Part shown: piece after piece, positions 39,553 through 51,395 of the stretch
Position numbering within the stretch: the stretch's first letter is position 1
Layout: every line of letters starts with the position of its first letter
Source: Octopus sinensis
Lineage: Eukaryota
Assembly (NCBI RefSeq): GCF_006345805.1
Contig: NC_043007.1
Coordinates: 49,972,001 to 50,036,000, forward strand
Length of the DNA stretch: 64,000 nt
Direction: 5' to 3'
Made by a program: the position numbers and the translations under genes
The notes under the pieces: generated by a model
What the model saw: the letters and a program-made list of their open reading frames with translations, nothing else
Told to the model about the DNA's origin: nothing
The model's database searches: none

Positions 39553-39975
39553 TAATAATCCTTTCTACTATAGGCATAAGGTCTGAAAATTTGGTGGAGG
39601 GGTATAGTCGATTACATCGACCCCCGTGTGTAAATTGGTACTAATTTCATCGGCCCGAAAGAATGAAAGGTAAAGTTGAATGCGGCTGAATTTGAACTCA
39701 GAACGTAAGAAGGGACGAAATGCCGCTAAGCACTGTGCCCGGCGTGCCAAAGATTCTTTTCTACTCTAGGCACAAGGCCAGAAATTTTGGGGGAGGGGAC
39801 CAGTCGAATTCGATCGACTCCAGTATGCAACTGGTACTTAATTTATCAACCCCGAAAGGATGGAAGGCAAAATCGACCTCAGCGGAATTTGAACTCAGAA
39901 CGTTCGTTCAGACAGACGAAATACCGCTAAACATTTCGCCCGGCGTGCTAACGTTTTTGCCGGCTCGTCGCCTTA
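39553..39975 (-). mobile_element. Two head-to-tail SINE family B copies (about 39553-39757 and 39758-39975)
   Basis: TTTCTACT.TAGGCA.AAGG...GAATTTGAACTCAGAACG...CCCGGCGTGC occurs twice. Confidence 0.85.
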
Positions 39976-40499
39976 TGTACAGCTTTAATAATTAGTATAA
40001 AGGAGTAATGTATGTTATATTCGTATTTAGCCTGCATTTGCTGCAGCTAGCCGCTTAATCTGCAGAAACACGCAGGGAGTTGAGAGAGTGTATAACAGTC
40101 TGTTATACTATTGTGTATACCATTAACTCTTGCATGTCTGAATGTGCATTCAATAGAGATATAACTTATACGGAGCTACATGTCAGTGTATTGCACCTAT
40201 TTGTTCGACCGACAAACTACGTGGTACCATAGCGAAATAATTACAAAAATACTTAATGAGGCGTGACATATTTAATGAGGCGTGGCATAAGCTTTACCCA
40301 ATAAAAGGCAGACCTTGGGTTACACAGCAACAGCTAAACGAGGTCTGGTAAAAAAAAAAAAGCAGCTAACTTCAAAGCTAGTTTCTCTACTGACTAGATA
40401 TTAAATATTTATGTCAATCAAAGTCGAGCAGATCTGTGACCAAAGGCTTCCCATTCACGACATATGTAAGCATATATATATAAATGTATTTATGCTTAC

Positions 40500-40557
<58 letters not shown>

Positions 40558-40611
40558 ATATATTTATATACACACACATGTATGGATATATGTGTGTATG
40601 TATATATATAT

Positions 40612-40735
40612 TCTTTTATTCTTTTATTCATTTACTTGTTTCACTCATTTGATTGCGACCATGCTGGAGCACCACCTTTAGTCGAGCAAATCGATCGCAG
40701 AACTTATTCTTTGTAAGCATAGGGCTTATTCTATA
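40612..40735 (-). mobile_element. SINE family A, 3' fragment
   Basis: TTTCACTCATTTGATTGCGACCATGCTGGAGCACC. Confidence 0.75.
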
Positions 40736-40879
40736 GAACGAAAAATGAAAAAAATGTATAATGAAATCGATGATGATAAAATGGCTGCATTGAGTCCCAC
40801 TCTCAAGCAGTACCATTAATTGATACAATTTTTGAAAGTTTTTCTTTTTCTTTTTGCATCGTTTTTTTCTTCTTTTTTT

Positions 40880-41760
40880 AAAAAGTCTATTTCCTTCCTT
40901 TTTTAATCTCTTTTTAAAGGACTCCTCTATTACCTCTTATTTTCCTTTATTATCAGCCCCTCCTCTTCGGCGGGTTGTCCTTCGTATTCTTGTTCCTCCA
41001 CTTTACTTTCTTGCTGAGGGCACTCTTTGTTTGCATAAAAAACATGTTTGGAGGTCTTCCCTCCACCACTACTCTTAGCGTAATATATTCTGGTAGTAGA
41101 ATCTCTTCTACAATTCCATGTAGGTCCTTTAACCTAACTTGAATCGCCATCTCTAGGCCGTATCCCCAACGATTAACTTTTTTCGTTCTAGTTATCTTCA
41201 GAATCCTTGCAGCACCCTCAATTCCGTGCGTGACTGCTGCCACCGGCCATGCCTCTTCGATCTTGGGGGGGCAGTCTGCCGACTCTCACTCTGGCAACAA
41301 GTTTGCCACAGTACGTTGGCAGCAGCACCCACTCTTGTGTCCTTGTCGGCTCAATAGAGTGGTTAATAGCGTCCTCCTCGTTGGAGACCCTAACATCTAC
41401 TGTGCCGTATTTCCTTCCACTAGTATAAAAAATGGTTAGGCCTTTCACGTCACCTAGACATTACAATATTGCCTCTATTAGGGTAATCTCTATTTTTTTG
41501 GTAGAAGTAGATAATGTCCTGTACACAACCGTTTTCCTTGCTACATTCTTCGTCACTTCTTCTGGTGGGGTCAGGTTTAAACTCGTCCCTTCCCTTTGTA
41601 ACTATTAGTTTCTTTCTTTCTATTTCTTGTTCTCTATTTTTATCCCGCGAACTTCAAGGTTGTTGGTCGTAATACCTTGAGTAGTTGCGGATGCATAACT
41701 TGCGCCATGCCCCATTTCTCCTCTTTTCACCACTTCACCTATAACTTGGGAAGAAATAAA
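40880..41760 (-). mobile_element. Decayed gag-like ORF1 of a LINE-type element
   Basis: LRVVVEGRPP followed, after a frameshift, by CFLCKQR, a degenerate zinc knuckle; ORFs 41218-41448 and 40953-41243 read as one protein. Confidence 0.4.
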
Positions 41761-41820
41761 TTTCAGAACAGGCAAAAACAACGACAGAAATTCAACAATT
41801 TAACAATTTCAACAATTTAA

Positions 41821-41887
<67 letters not shown>

Positions 41888-41889
<2 letters not shown>

Positions 41890-42303
41890 GCGCAGGAGTA
41901 GCTGTGTGGTAAGTAGCTTGCTAAACAACCACATGGTTCCGGGTTCAGTCCCACTGCGTGGCATCTTGGGCAAGTGTCTTCTGCTATAGCCCCGGGCCGA
42001 CCAATGCCTTGTGAGTGGATTTGGTAGACGGAAACTGAAAGAAGCCTGTCGTATATATGTATATTATATATATGTATGTGTCTGTGTTTGTGTGTCTGTG
42101 TTTGTCCCCCTAGCATTGCTTGACAACCGATGCTGGTGTGTTTACGTCCCCGTCACTTAGCGGTTCGGCAAAAGAGACTGATAGAATAAGTACTGGGCTT
42201 ACAAAGAATAAGTCCCGGGGTCGATTTGCTCGACTAAAGGCGGTGCTCCAGCATGGCCGCAGTCAAATGACTGAAACAAGTAAAAGAGTAAAAGAGTAAA
42301 GAG

Positions 42304-42305
<2 letters not shown>
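41888..42305 (+). mobile_element. SINE family A, best-preserved copy
   Basis: GGCGCAGGAGTAGCTGTGTGGTAAG...GGTTCAGTCCCAC tRNA-like head; internal (TA)/(TG); tail (GTAAAAGA)n. Resembles described octopus tRNA-derived SINEs; family name not verifiable here. Confidence 0.9.
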
Positions 42306-42357
<52 letters not shown>

Positions 42358-42358
<1 letters not shown>

Positions 42359-42510
42359 CGACGATCTTTCAGTTTCCGTCTACCAAATCCACCCACAAGG
42401 CTTTGGTTGGCCCGTGGCTATAGTAGAAGACACCGGCCCAAGGTGCCACGCAGTGGGACGGAACCCGGAACCATGTGGTCGGGAAGCAAGCTTCTTAACA
42501 CACAGCCACG
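42358..42510 (-). mobile_element. SINE family A, 5' half
   Basis: Reverse complement of 41895-42052. Confidence 0.8.
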
Positions 42511-43295
42511 TATATACATAGTGATACCTACACACACGAACGCACGTGCACCCCCCCCCACATATTTATATGTGTATAAATGTATGTAAACATTCCAGAT
42601 ATAATACATCTAGAACTCTATCATAAATACTGTTCTTATACTGTTAAAGAAGCTTGAGTGCTATTTCTAGCAAATCGATAAACCACGTCTGACTCATTGA
42701 TTTGCTAAAAAGAAAGTGAAATACATTAGATGCACATTGAAAGCACTGGATATGATGCTGCTCTATCACAGTTAGACTCGCAATTAGAAGTGCATTGTGG
42801 AAATTATCCAGCTAAGTGGAACTGAGGCGAGGAAAATTGTTGTTCCCTGATAAATTCCTAGTCTCCATCATACACCCTGCCATTTCATTTATCAGGCAGA
42901 AATCTAATCGAAGTTGCACTCACTTCTCCAACCACAAAGCGAAACTTTAGGAAAAAGATAAAAACATATATTTCGTCCTTTAAGCTTTCTATTAATCATC
43001 GACAAAACCAGCCGAGTATCGACCGTAACGTTGTAGTATGCATAACAGCGAGTTATCTGCGCCTGGCAACACTCCCCAATAAATATAAGTATGTGAAATC
43101 CAATATGGCCAGATTAAAAGTTGATGTACAGGCTTTCTCCCGGTGCCTCATCTCAATTTTCACTCTCATGAGAGTTTTAAAATAACTATTCCCCTATATA
43201 TGTCACACAAGGAATAGGAAATAAAAAGAGAAGAAAAATAAACAATGGAAATGATTGTTGAGTTCAATTTCCTTTTCTGAAGGAGAAACAAAAAA

Positions 43296-43339
<44 letters not shown>

Positions 43340-43359
43340 TAATAATAATAATAATAATA

Positions 43360-43401
<42 letters not shown>

Positions 43402-43645
43402 CAACGAACACAAAACAAAAAGAGAAAAGATTCAGAACAATTGCTTTCCGATATCGCTTACAACATTAGATGAAACGCATGCGCAGTGGTTACTGTGGGA
43501 TATTTTATATGATATTTTAGTTCCAGTTAGACGCTTCCATTTCTTTTTCCATTTGTCATTCTTTTACTAAACGGAAGAATGAGGTTTTAAGATTGCAAAG
43601 TAATTGAAATATCTGAAGAAATTCGATAGAAAAGACCGAAGTCTG

Positions 43646-43728
<83 letters not shown>

Positions 43729-44597
43729 CGTATCTATTTGTCTATCTACCACTCACTATCTATATGTGCATATGTATATATAAGTACGTGCGTATGTATA
43801 TAAGTATGTGCGTATACACATACACGCACATATATATGAAGACAAAAGTCTATGTGTGTTTGTGTATGTATGTACGTATACATACATATAGGTGTGTATA
43901 TGTGTATACACAGAGGGAGAGAAACAGACAGACAGGTAGACAAATAGAGAGAAAGACTAAGAAACTAGTGAACACACATATCCACACTAAGAAACCAGTA
44001 AATACACACACACACACACTAGTATTTACACATACATCTTATATAAGAGTTTAGTAAAAGAAATATCGCTGCAACCCTAACTCATATTTCAACAGCTGTT
44101 TTTGTGGTAATAGTTGTAAGTTATGTCCTCCAAAGATCTCACGTCGGTTGACATGGTGAATATTGTACTTCAACTTTCAACTAAGGCCTTTGAAGAACTC
44201 ACGTTGGTTGTCACAGTGATATGTTGTATACAGTCATAGTTCTAATGGTAGTTGCTATGGTGAATATTGTAATCTGTTTTTAAATTAAGTTCTACAAATT
44301 TTTATTTTATGCAAATGTTTATGGAAGCATAGTTTATGCGGGTACATTTAATGTAACATGTAGCGAGAAGGAATGGCTAGCGTGTTTCACAAAGCTGGAT
44401 TTTAAAAGAATTATAGGTGCTAATGTTTTATCTTTTATCGTTTATATGTTTCAGTCATTCTATATATATATATATATACATACAAACACACACATGCACG
44501 CACGTACGCGCGCTCACACACACATGTATAGGAATGGTTATGCTAGAGACGAAACTCTAGCACATTCAGCCACTCTGTTACTTCTGCTAAATATCTA

Positions 44598-44682
<85 letters not shown>

Positions 44683-46099
44683 GGGCACTTTTAACACACA
44701 CCTCTAACTTTCAACCACCTTCATCTCATGTTAAACTTTACCAAATTATATTTTTATCTTATTTTATTTTATTTTTATTTTTAGCTTTATTTTTACTTTT
44801 ATTCTACTTCCATTTATTCTCATTTTTATTTTCATCCCTTACCTTAACTCTTATAATTTTTATAATTTTTATATTTCATTTCTAACTATTACATTGTATT
44901 TCTTACTTTATACTGTATTTCTTACTTTTATTTCTAATTTTTACCCTTACCCTCATTCTTACCCCTAACTTATCGCTTTACATCTCTATATATGTTTATT
45001 TACTTACCTATGGATCCACTTTTTGACTATACGAGCGTCCGTGTACGTATGTATGCGCATACATACATATACACACGCATATATGTACATATGTACGAGT
45101 GAACATCTACGTCTGGATGTACATACCCCGTATTTCCTTTTTTTACATGTTTTCTTATATTCATATTTGTATACATATTTTAATAACTTATAGCTATACC
45201 CATATGCGCGTATGTCTCTGTGTGTGTATGTAAGTGTATATGTGCACGCACATACGGACACACAGCCGTGTGTGCGTGCACGTATAGACATGAGTGCGTG
45301 ATTCTTTACATACGTTCTTATATACATCCTTTAATATCTTATATCTAGACCTGGAAGCGTAGGCATATGCGTGTGTGTATGTAGGGGTGGGCGCGCGTAT
45401 GTGCATGTGAGTGTGTACACGTATAGTGTCCGTGTATACATGCGGATATTCTGTTGTATGTATGTATATGTACGCGCGTGCGTGTGGGTGTGTGTGTGTT
45501 TATGCACATGTTTACACGCGAGTGCGTGTGTATGCTTATAGGCTTGGAGGCGTATATGTACGCGTGTATATGGGTGTATGTATCCATGATGGTATGTATG
45601 TACTAGAAGTCCAATTAATTCAAGGAACCAGATTAAACGCTCAACAGCTCTGATTTACAACACATTAGGTCCCCAGACGAAACTGTTGATTTACTGACAA
45701 TTCTACAACTAAATTTTATCAATCTCCTGACCACCATGCTTGGTCCGTAACCTCTATACATCCCTTATCTTTATATTTTTTTATATTTTTTTACATTTTT
45801 ATCATGTTTTTTTAACTTTTATTTCTATTTCTATTTTTACTTTATAACCTTATGCCTTTACATTTATTTATATTTCTTTATATTTCTTTATATTCTTTAT
45901 ACCCCCTTTACATCTCCTTATATCTCTTTATATCTTTATGCTCTACATTTTTATATTTTTCTATACTTACACTTTTTATACATTTTTTAGCCCTCGTCCT
46001 GAATTCTCGCCCCTCCATCTTCACGTCTATATATGTATTTATTTATTTACATTACTTCAACATCCAATTTTCCTCATTCTACATTGAGAGAAGAAAGAG

Positions 46100-46325
46100 A
46101 TGGACGCTTCAATTCTATGCTGCTGCCGCATTATGTCGTACGCGAATGAGAGGATTTGCATCCCCAACCAAGAATTTTTGATGTAACACATGTCCTTGTG
46201 GAAGCTGTTGTGCGCGGCTGAAGAAGGCCACAGACATAGATTATGCATTGTTATAAATCTGTCTAATAAAGGCCCGAAACATATGTACCGCTGAATCCTT
46301 CGCATCATGTTTTTATTTTGATCAA
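46100..46325 (+). repeat. HHR-bearing interspersed repeat, same family as 57048-57380
   Basis: GCCGCATTATGTCGTACGCG...CATCATGTTTTTATTTTGAT shared with 57175-57380. Confidence 0.9.
46214..46291 (+). ncRNA. Type-I hammerhead ribozyme
   Basis: GCGG/CCGC stem I; CTGAAGA 46218-46224; stem II AGGCC/GGCCC (basal A.C mismatch); GAAA 46276-46279; palindrome ACATATGT; GUA site. Confidence 0.7.
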
Positions 46326-46333
46326 TTTATCTA

Positions 46334-46385
<52 letters not shown>

Positions 46386-46452
46386 CACATACATACATAC
46401 ATACATATATATATATATATGTATATATGTATATATATATATATACACACAC

Positions 46453-46502
<50 letters not shown>

Positions 46503-46926
46503 TGACAGAGTATTGCCCAGATATTTATGTATTAAGTGTAATCCTCAAGTAGAACCAACGTATAGTTTTGCGTAACAATGTTAGTAATTTAATTCACAAG
46601 TACACTTCATATTGAAAGTGGCTGAGTATCCCTCAGGCACATCTATCTTCAATGTAACCTTCAAGAAGAATTAATGAGCGACAAACATATTCCTTAGATT
46701 ATAGGCACAGTCTGACAAGTTTCCACGAAAGTCCCGCACATTTTATTTCGAGCACACGTCTTGGTTCGAGCCGAGGTGATGATACTGACGCATGCATTTA
46801 GGATGCCTGAAAATTCTGAAACAAACTGGAAAGGTTTCTGACATACCAGGAACATTGTGTGTGTGTGTGTGTGCGTGCGTACATGCGTGTGTGTGTATAA
46901 AAGCTGGTTATGAAAACCTCTGTAAG

Positions 46927-47575
46927 AGATCAGAGCAGTATTAATACAAAGTAATGTTTAACTCCGCCTAAACACGGGTGTTCCTTAATAACCTACGATA
47001 CTACTATATCCAGTGGATGAGTTTCCATGATCGAAGATGACCATAAGGAAATCCAAACCGTATGGTCAGGTGGTCTCGGGGCTACAATCGTACGGAGTTT
47101 TCTCCCCGCTTGCAATATATATCGAGCGCAGTGTGCAGTGAATAACCAGCTGGAGGAGGCCTCCTCATGGGGATAAAATAGTAATATCGTCGGTTCCTAT
47201 GGAACACCCGTATTTAGGTGGCGTTAAACACTACTTCGCAGTATAAATACTGCTTTGATCTGTTATAGACATTTTCCTAACTAGTTAATTTGCTTGATGC
47301 AAGTTCTGTGACTGTATGTCACTTATTTCCAACATATTGCGGGCTGGAGTGAACTACTGGTATGTCTAGCGGACGAGTATCCATGAACTAGGATAACCAT
47401 AAATAGGTCGAAACCGTACGGTCTCATGGTCTCAGGGATAAAACAGCCGGGTGTTCTCTCCCGCTTGCAATATACTATGCACTGAATAATCAGTAAGTGT
47501 CCTCCTGAGGTTAAAATAGCAGTATCGTCTGTTTCTAGGGTACACTAGTGTTCAAGTGGCGTTAAACACTAGTTT
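46927..47575. repeat. Fold-back element (about 85-bp inverted arms 46927-47010 / 47177-47261) plus tandem partial copy 47360-47575, each with a decayed HHR
   Basis: AGATCAGAGCAGTATT.../...AATACTGCTTTGATCT; TGGATGA...CAAACCGTATGGTC and CGGACGA...GAAACCGTACGGTC. Confidence 0.7.
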
Positions 47576-47592
47576 TTTCTCCTTCTCTCTCT

Positions 47593-47711
<119 letters not shown>

Positions 47712-47736
47712 CATGAGGAGACTCATGGGAAAGAGA

Positions 47737-47778
47737 GTCACTGATGAGGCCACAGATGTGTGATGAAAGTACTCTGAC
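47737..47778 (+). ncRNA. Minimal type-I hammerhead, copy 1
   Basis: GTCA-CTGATGA-GGCCACAGATGTGTGAT-GAAA-GTAC-TC-TGAC; palindrome AGTACT; CUC site; weak base of stem II. Confidence 0.65.
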
Positions 47779-47882
47779 ATATGTAATAATTGAAAGATAA
47801 TACGAATAAAAACTAAAGTGAAGATTGAATAAATAGTGCGTGTGTTCGATTTCCAAGAAAATGAACGTCCCCGAGTATAACA

Positions 47883-47919
<37 letters not shown>

Positions 47920-47954
47920 ATATAATATATATATATATATGTGTGTGTGTGTGT

Positions 47955-47986
<32 letters not shown>

Positions 47987-48011
47987 CATGAGGAGACTCA
48001 TGGGAAAGAGA

Positions 48012-48053
48012 GTCACTGATGAGGCCACAGATGTGTGATGAAAGTACTCTGAC
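48012..48053 (+). ncRNA. Minimal type-I hammerhead, copy 2 (identical)
   Basis: Same sequence as 47737-47778. Confidence 0.65.
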
Positions 48054-48153
48054 ATATGTAATAATTGAAAGATAATACGAATAAAAACTAAAGTGAAGAT
48101 TGAATAAATAGTGCGTGTGTTCGATTTCCAAGAAAATGAACGTCCCCGAGTAT

Positions 48154-48247
<94 letters not shown>

Positions 48248-48929
48248 CAGAGACGACTCCAGACCATCAGCGTTACTCGGGCTCATCAGAGACTTCGTCT
48301 AGCCCTAAATGGCTTATTTCTTTTTTATATCTAATAGTACGTCTTAAGCAACCCTGCAATACACAACTGATCTTTACACACAGACGCACAGAATAACAAC
48401 AGCGGAGTGCACAATAAACATCAGCGATCTGACTGTCTTCTGCACTCTTGACAAGAGATGCCAGTTAGTCTCTTACACTTGTCAGGCTCGTTCGTATTAG
48501 CCCGAGTTGCCGGATAATTTTTCGTTCCTTTAAGAATATTGTTGACTGGAAACATTTCATAGATTGCAATTTAAATCCTAATTTCTATAGAAATTTATTG
48601 TTTCAAGAAAACATTGAATTTGAATTACTTAAAATGTTTACGTTTATAGCTAAAAACTCGGGCTGTAACTTCTGAGCCCGAGTTAGGCGCGTGTGAACGA
48701 TGTTGAGAGATCATCTGCTGCGAGTGATATTTTTGACACAGGGCACCTCTAAGCCGACCACCAGACGCTGAAGGAAAATAAATGAACTGCCACCAGGCTG
48801 AATAAAAGGAGCCCGAGTTATTGGCTGGAATTACACACTTGAAGTCAGTGTTGGCTGAAATGAAATCAGCTTACAAATACACGCTCACTTTATTAAGCCC
48901 GATCAGCCCGAGTGCCGGAATTGCCACTG
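48248..48929. mobile_element. Putative MITE with imperfect CAG...CTG ends and repeated AGCCCGAGT
   Basis: AGCCCGAGT in either orientation at about 48274, 48499, 48656, 48674, 48812, 48905. Confidence 0.35.
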
Positions 48930-49152
48930 ATATATATAGGCTATATTAAATCTCTGAGCGGGATATGAACAGTAGCAATACGGAATCGTAACATATAATT
49001 ACCAACCAAGTGCGGAGTCATATACGGGAAAGTGCTACTCGCGTTTATAGCTCCAGGAAGACATCGCTTCCAGCTGGCTAACTACACACATTCTGTGTCC
49101 GATTAGTTTTTGCGAGGGGAATTCATTGCTCCCATCTCTAGCCATAAGTGAT

Positions 49153-49199
49153 ACACATGGACTCGAGTTTCTGGGTGCTTACCAGTCCTCAGCGTGTGT
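49153..49199 (-). ncRNA. Minimal type-I hammerhead
   Basis: Minus: ACACACG-CTGAGGA-C-TGG TAAGCAC CCA-GAAA-CTCGAG-TC-CATGTGT; stem I 6 of 7 pairs; palindrome ACTCGAGT; GUC site. Confidence 0.65.
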
Positions 49200-49562
49200 T
49201 AATCTCCAGCTCATTCCTCATTCCTCTCGCAAAATACTATATGCTTTTTCCAGTCAGAGGCTAGAGATCGGAGCGATGACCTCCCCTTGCAAATACTAAT
49301 CGGACGCAGATTGTGTGTCATTAGCCAGCTGGAAGAGATGTCTTCCTGGAGCAATAAACGTCAGTAGCACTTACCCGTATAGGACACCACACTTGGTTGG
49401 CAATAATATGTTACGATTCCGTATTGCTACTGTTTATATCTCGCTCAGAGATTTAATATATCTTATTTCTCCTTTTTAGCGGTCAGCGGCATTTCATCGC
49501 TGGAAAAAGCACATAGTATTTTTGCGAATGGAATGAGTCTTCATCTTTAGCTGATGATTAAT

Positions 49563-49605
49563 ACACGCTGAGGACGGCTAGCCACTCAGAAACTCGAATC
49601 TGTGT
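49563..49605 (+). ncRNA. Type-I hammerhead, more decayed partner copy
   Basis: ACACG-CTGAGGA-CGGCTAGCCACTCA-GAAA-CTCGAA-TC-TGTGT; stems II and III damaged. Confidence 0.5.
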
Positions 49606-49903
49606 GTATCACGTAACACTAGAGATGGAAGCGATGACCTCTCCTTGCAAATTCTAACTGGACACAGAATATGTGTCGTTAACCAGCTGGAAGAGATGTC
49701 TTCCTGGGGCTATAAATGTCAGTAGAACTTTCCCGTATAGGACACCACACTTGGTTGGCAATTATATGTTACTATTATATATATTGGTGAAAATTGCAAA
49801 CTGCTGGTTATATTAATTTCATAAAAACACATCCGATTATTTGGATAACGTAAAACATAAATACTAATGGCGAGCGAGTTCGAAAAGAGCCGAAGCCGAG
49901 CTG

Positions 49904-49956
49904 TCTTAACTGATGAGGGAAAGGAAATTGCCGAAACTAACGCGTTAGTATTAAGA
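49904..49956 (+). ncRNA. Near-intact type-I hammerhead ribozyme
   Basis: TCTTAA/TTAAGA 6-bp stem I; CTGATGA 49910-49916; stem II GGGAA/TTGCC (4 of 5 pairs); GAAA 49933-49936; 14-nt perfect palindrome ACTAACGCGTTAGT; GUA cleavage after 49950. Confidence 0.8.
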
Positions 49957-50294
49957 ATTCTAGATCGGCACTTTTCGGAGGCCCATGTTCCCTGTTAATA
50001 TATGTTTTCATTCATGTGCGTTGACTACAGCATTAGAGCGGTTTAGGTTTTATTTCTAGCAATGTCGGTGTTTCCTAACACCCTAGTCGCATTTATTGAC
50101 ATTTGTAATTCTCATTTTTGGGAAAGCATTGCAAACTGCTGTTTATATATATATACATATATATACATATATACTTATATGTATGTGTGTGAATATATAT
50201 ATATGCATATATATATATATATACATATATCATACATACATATACATAGATACAAACACACACACAACAACAACAAGGCACACACATATACTCT

Positions 50295-50575
50295 GTTACT
50301 CGCTTCAGTCATTTGACTGCGGCCATGCATGAGCACCGCCTTTAGTAGAGCAAATTGACCCTAGGACTAATTCTTTGTAAGAGTAGTACTTATTCTATCT
50401 GTCACATGTGCCGCGCCACTAAGTTACAGGAACGTAAGCACATCCGCATCGTTTGTCATGTGATGGTGGGGGGACAAACACAGACACACAAACACACACA
50501 CACACACACGCACGCGCATATATATATGTATATATATATATTATATATATATATATTATATATATATATTATATA

Positions 50576-50622
<47 letters not shown>

Positions 50623-50760
50623 GGCCAAATCTACTTACAGGGCTTTGGTCGGCCCGAGACTATAGTAGTAGATACTTGACCAAACTACAACAGAGTGGAA
50701 CTGAACCCGCAACCATGTGGTTGGGAAGCAATCCTCTTACCACACAGCCAATCCTACGCC

Positions 50761-50762
<2 letters not shown>
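50295..50762 (-). mobile_element. SINE family A with expanded internal (TA)n
   Basis: CTTCAGTCATTTGACTGCGGCCATG tail; GAACCCGCAACCATGTGG head. Confidence 0.8.
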
Positions 50763-50843
<81 letters not shown>

Positions 50844-51227
50844 ATATATATGTATATATATATGTATATATATATATATATATATGTATGTATATAAATG
50901 CATATACGTACATACATACATACATACATACATATGTGTTTGTGTTTGTGTGTGCATGTGTGTGTGTGTGATAATAAAGGGACAGTGAGAGATTTATGTG
51001 CATGTTCACAGATAAGAGAGAGAATAAAAGAGGGTAATGACAATGATGTTGATAATGATGATGAAGACGGATTGCTATTGGTGAAAATGATTATGGTAAT
51101 GATAAAGAGGTTGATAATTATAATGACGATGATTATGTAATCTGCATTAATCGTGCATACAGATATTCTTAAATCATTCTTTAATTAGATACTATCCTCC
51201 TTATTTATAATTTTATAATTCAGTGAT

Positions 51228-51259
<32 letters not shown>

Positions 51260-51395
51260 TGTATGTATTTATGCATGTATGTATGTATGACTGTGTGTGT
51301 ATGTATACATATGTATATGTGTGTGCATGTATACAGGGATCGGACAAAATAATGGAAACATCTTGCATCATAGCATGATAATTTAGAAATATCTA

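Larger units (their letters stand above)
48942..49772. repeat. Fold-back cassette rc(A)-rc(B) / A-spacer-B-A(partial) with opposed HHRs
   Basis: 48942-49141 vs 49261-49460 inverted; 49142-49253 vs 49500-49618 inverted; 49619-49772 direct repeat of 49261 onward. Confidence 0.85.

Noticed and set aside
41165-41215. Minus-strand GATT-CTGAAGA...GAAA...TT-AATC
   Set aside because: Stems II and III do not pair; inside the ORF1-like remnant.
41888-41965. tRNA-like sequences at SINE heads
   Set aside because: No full cloverleaf or anticodon arm, and followed by SINE body; not tRNA genes.
48244-48300. Minus-strand CTGATGAGCCC
   Set aside because: No downstream GAAA or NUH.
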